NCBI GenBank assembly: GCA_027053075.1
Contig: JALUEE010000014.1
Span: 1-18,625 of the forward strand
DNA length: 18,625 nucleotides
Direction of reading: 5' to 3'
DNA from: a candidate division WOR-3 bacterium
Lineage (GTDB): Bacteria > Hydrothermota > Hydrothermia > B15-G9 > WFZT01
Position numbers and translations under genes: made by a program. The notes beneath the pieces were generated by a model. The model was not told the origin of the DNA. It did no database searches and was given only the letters and a program-made list of their open reading frames with translations. Positions 15,613 to 18,625 of the stretch are shown piece by piece; position 1 is the stretch's first letter, and each line of letters starts with the position of its first letter.

Positions 15613-16787
15613 AACAGCCAGTGATTGTAAGCGCTGTTAGAACCCCAATAGGGAAGCTTTTGGGGGGATTAAAGGATTTTGAGGCTCCTGAGCTTGGAGC
15701 CATCGTCATTAAAGAAGCGGTGAAAAGGGCAGGAATTAAGCCAGAGATGGTGGAAGAAGTGATCATGGGAAACGTGTTACAGGGCGGAGTTGGTCAATCC
15801 CCTGCACGTCAGGCCGCAATAAAGGCTGGTTTACCAACAAATATCCCCGCTTTCACAGTGAATAAGGTTTGCGGTTCGGGCCTTAAAGCAGTAATGCTTG
15901 CTGCTCAGGCAATCAAAGCAGAGGACGAGGATATTATTGTTGCCGGTGGAATGGAATCCATGACCAATGCTCCATTCGCCGTAAAAGACATGAGAAAGGG
16001 CAGAAAATTTGGCAATACCACTTTTCTCGACCTCATGGTCTGGGACGGACTCTGGGACCCCTACCACAACGTGCACATGGGAAATTTTGCAGATTACACG
16101 GCCAGAAAATCCGGAATCACCCGCGAGGAGCAGGATAAATTTGCGTACGAAAGCCACATGAAAGCAATCAAGGCCATTGATGAAGGCAAATTCAAGGCGG
16201 AAATTGTCCCGGTTGAAGTACCCCAGCGTAAAGGTGAGCCCATTATTTTTGATACAGACGAAGGGCCAAGAAGAGATACTTCCCTTGAAAAGCTCGCTAA
16301 GCTAAAGCCTGCATTTGAAAAGGATGGAACAGTTACAGCAGGAAATGCCCCCGGTCTAAACGATGGAGCATCAGCTCTTGTCGTTATGTCCGAAGATAAG
16401 GCAAAAGAGCTTGGCATCGAGCCGCTTGCATACATCAGGGCTTATGCGGCTGCTGCAGTTGATCCGCAGGACGTATTCTATGCCCCAATTTACGCCATCA
16501 GAAAGGTAATGGACAAGCTGGGTGTGGACATTGATTACTTTGACCTTATTGAAATCAATGAGGCATTTTCTGTGCAGGTTCTCGCTGATGGGAAAGAGCT
16601 TGGCTGGGATTGGTCAAAGGTTAATGTAAACGGTGGCGCCGTTGCCCTCGGTCATCCCATCGGCGCCTCAGGTGCAAGGATTCTCACAACTCTCATCTAT
16701 GCAATGAAGGATAGAGGTGCAAAAACAGGTCTCGCTGCTCTATGTATCGGTGGTGGTAAAGCTGTTGCAATGGCAATCGAAATGTAA
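15609..16787 (+). CDS. acetyl-CoA C-acetyltransferase (thiolase)
   Basis: [27 protein letters not shown] motifs. ATGA overlap with ald. Confidence 0.96.
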   Translation: MKQPVIVSAVRTPIGKLLGGLKDFEAPELGAIVIKEAVKRAGIKPEMVEEVIMGNVLQGGVGQSPARQAAIKAGLPTNIPAFTVNKVCGSGLKAVMLAAQAIKAEDEDIIVAGGMESMTNAPFAVKDMRKGRKFGNTTFLDLMVWDGLWDPYHNVHMGNFADYTARKSGITREEQDKFAYESHMKAIKAIDEGKFKAEIVPVEVPQRKGEPIIFDTDEGPRRDTSLEKLAKLKPAFEKDGTVTAGNAPGLNDGASALVVMSEDKAKELGIEPLAYIRAYAAAAVDPQDVFYAPIYAIRKVMDKLGVDIDYFDLIEINEAFSVQVLADGKELGWDWSKVNVNGGAVALGHPIGASGARILTTLIYAMKDRGAKTGLAALCIGGGKAVAMAIEM

Positions 16788-16803
16788 AAGGAGGTGATAC
16801 GTT

Positions 16804-17565
16804 ATGAAGATTCTCGTTCTACTTAAAAAAGTGCCGGACACCGGGCTGACCCTGCAGGTAAAGCCCGATGGAAGTGATATTGTGAGGGATAATATTACCT
16901 ACGTGATAAATCCTTACGATGAGTTTGCCATCGAAGAAGCGCTAAAAATCAAAGAAAAACTGGGTGATGTCGAGACAGTCGCAATTTCCGTCGGAGACGA
17001 AGGCGCTAAAGAGCAGATCAGAACCGCCCTCGCCATGGGTATAGACAGGGGCATCCTCGTCAAAGTTGACGGTTTCTGGGACCTCGATGGATATACCACA
17101 GCTATGATGCTTAAAGACGTCATAGAGAAAGAGGGCTTTGACCTCATTCTCACAGGTAAAATGGCAGTGGACGACTACAATTCCCAGGTCCCCGCTTACA
17201 TCGCGGAATTTTTCAATATCCCACAGGCGACCTATATCGTTAAGCTCGAATTAGACGGTAATACAGCGAAAGTTGAGCGCGAGCTGGAGACTGGGATGGA
17301 AGAATGGGAGGTACCTCTCCCTGCTATTCTCACATGCGAAAAAGGATTGAATGAGCCAAGATACCCATCACTCCGTGGAATTATGCAGGCCAAGAAGAAA
17401 CCCATCGACGTGGTCGAACCTTCATTCACACCCGCTGAGGCTATTAAAAAGGTTAAGCTCGCACCTCCACCAGAAAAAGCTCCTGGAAAGATTATCGACA
17501 AGGAATTCCCCGAGAACGTAAAGGAACTCATCAGGCTCTTGAGAGAAGAGGCAAAGGTCTTATAA
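16804..17565 (+). CDS. etfB: electron transfer flavoprotein subunit beta
   Basis: KKVPD, INPYDEFAIEEAL, ALAMGID, NEPRYPSLRGIMQAKKK. AAGGAGG RBS. Confidence 0.96.
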   Translation: MKILVLLKKVPDTGLTLQVKPDGSDIVRDNITYVINPYDEFAIEEALKIKEKLGDVETVAISVGDEGAKEQIRTALAMGIDRGILVKVDGFWDLDGYTTAMMLKDVIEKEGFDLILTGKMAVDDYNSQVPAYIAEFFNIPQATYIVKLELDGNTAKVERELETGMEEWEVPLPAILTCEKGLNEPRYPSLRGIMQAKKKPIDVVEPSFTPAEAIKKVKLAPPPEKAPGKIIDKEFPENVKELIRLLREEAKVL

Positions 17566-17578
17566 AGGAGGTGGAGAA

Positions 17579-18580
17579 ATGGCCAACATACTCGTTTTCA
17601 TTGAAACCAAAAAAGACGAAATTAGAGAATTTTCACTTGAGGTCTTAAACACCGCAAGTAAAATCGCAGACGCTTCAGGTGGAAAGGTCTATGCACTTCT
17701 TGTCGGTAAAACAGATGGATTTGATGATACACTTGCTCACTACGGGGCAGATGTAATTTACAAGGTCTCTGATGAGAGGCTTTCAAACTACCTCACTGTC
17801 CCCTATGCCAAGGCAGTAAAAGCTGCAATGGATAAGGCAGGAGCCAGTGTCTTCCTCCTTTCCGCCACAAGTCTTGGAAAGGACCTTGCTCCTCGTGTGG
17901 CCGCAAAGTTTGGCGTCCCTATGGTTTCCGATATCACGGGACTCGAATACAAAGACGGAAAGTTTGAAATCGTTAAACCTCTCTATGCAGGAAAGGTTTA
18001 TGGAACTTTTGAGCTTTCCGCAGACCCCGCAATTATCTCTTTAAGGCCTAAGATTTTTGAGAAAGGAGAGCCTGACACCTCAAGGAGTGCAAGTTCAGAG
18101 GAGCTCACCGTTGACCTTACAGACGATGATTTCCGCGCGAAGGTTGTCGAGGTCAAAGAGAAAGAAACAGGTGAAATTGATGTTACAGAGGCGGACATTA
18201 TCGTATCTGGTGGTAGAGGTGTAAAGGGTCCCGAGGGCTTTGAACTCCTGCGCCAGCTTATTGACGTGCTAAACAAGGCCGGTGTGGGGAAAGTGGCACT
18301 TGGAGCATCCCGCGTGGCAGTGGACAGTGGGTGGATTGACCACTCACACCAGGTAGGTCAGACTGGAAAGGTGGTTGCTCCAAAGCTCTACATGGCCTTT
18401 GGAATATCTGGCGCTATCCAGCATCTTGCAGGAATGAGAACATCTAAGGTGATTGTGGCTGTTAACAAAGACCCTGAGGCCCCTATTTTCAAGGTTGCAG
18501 ACTACGGGCTCGTGGAGGACCTTTTCAAGGTCGTGCCCGAGATGATCAAAGAACTGAAAGAGATTTACAAAGTGGAATAA
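17579..18580 (+). CDS. etfA: electron transfer flavoprotein subunit alpha
   Basis: IIVSGGRG, GASRVAVDSGW, QVGQTGKVVAPKLY, GISGAIQHLAGM, AVNKDPEAPIF. AAGGAGG RBS. Confidence 0.96.
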   Translation: MANILVFIETKKDEIREFSLEVLNTASKIADASGGKVYALLVGKTDGFDDTLAHYGADVIYKVSDERLSNYLTVPYAKAVKAAMDKAGASVFLLSATSLGKDLAPRVAAKFGVPMVSDITGLEYKDGKFEIVKPLYAGKVYGTFELSADPAIISLRPKIFEKGEPDTSRSASSEELTVDLTDDDFRAKVVEVKEKETGEIDVTEADIIVSGGRGVKGPEGFELLRQLIDVLNKAGVGKVALGASRVAVDSGWIDHSHQVGQTGKVVAPKLYMAFGISGAIQHLAGMRTSKVIVAVNKDPEAPIFKVADYGLVEDLFKVVPEMIKELKEIYKVE

Positions 18581-18590
18581 AATTTAAGGG

Positions 18591-18625
18591 GGTGGGTGGG
18601 AGGCGCGAAGCGCCTCCCACCCACC
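18591..18625 (+). terminator. long perfect hairpin after etfA, probable intrinsic terminator (cut by window edge)
   Basis: GGTGGGTGGGAGGCGC-GAA-GCGCCTCCCACCCACC, 16-bp perfect stem 10 nt after the stop. Any U-tract lies outside the window. Confidence 0.7.

Noticed and set aside
14494..18580. ald-thiolase-etfBA as a novel pathway
   Set aside because: Ordinary amino-acid/acyl-CoA catabolic genes with intact canonical motifs.

Overview
Bacterial window with three zones. (1) 1-5330: the 5' end of an MrpE/MnhE-like antiporter subunit gene running off the left edge, then an AT-rich, tightly packed minus-strand cluster of four genes I cannot assign to a named family. They encode an 18-residue-repeat coiled coil (161 aa), a C-terminally hydrophobic protein (~261 aa), an 811-aa protein with a degenerate zincin-like motif (HELAE...EILAD) plus Lrp/AsnC(RAM)-like C-terminal segments, and a 248-aa protein with a RAM-like C-terminus. 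(2) 5330-8860: mobile-element zone with possible IS debris, a complete IS3-family element (5643-6993, 25-bp IRs, frameshift-site anomaly) and a complete IS110-family element (7118-8860). In the IS110 the ends, shared core repeat, sub-terminal IRs, a consensus circle-junction promoter and a two-loop bridge-RNA-like structure with four guide matches can all be read from the sequence. (3) 8860-18625: ordinary chromosomal genes: an ArsR regulator; a minus-strand operon for a YfhO-like membrane protein, a GT2 glycosyltransferase, a FecCD/BtuC-type permease and an ABC ATPase; and a plus-strand operon ald-thiolase-etfB-etfA ending in a 16-bp hairpin. Domain calls are by-eye motif recognition, not database searches.
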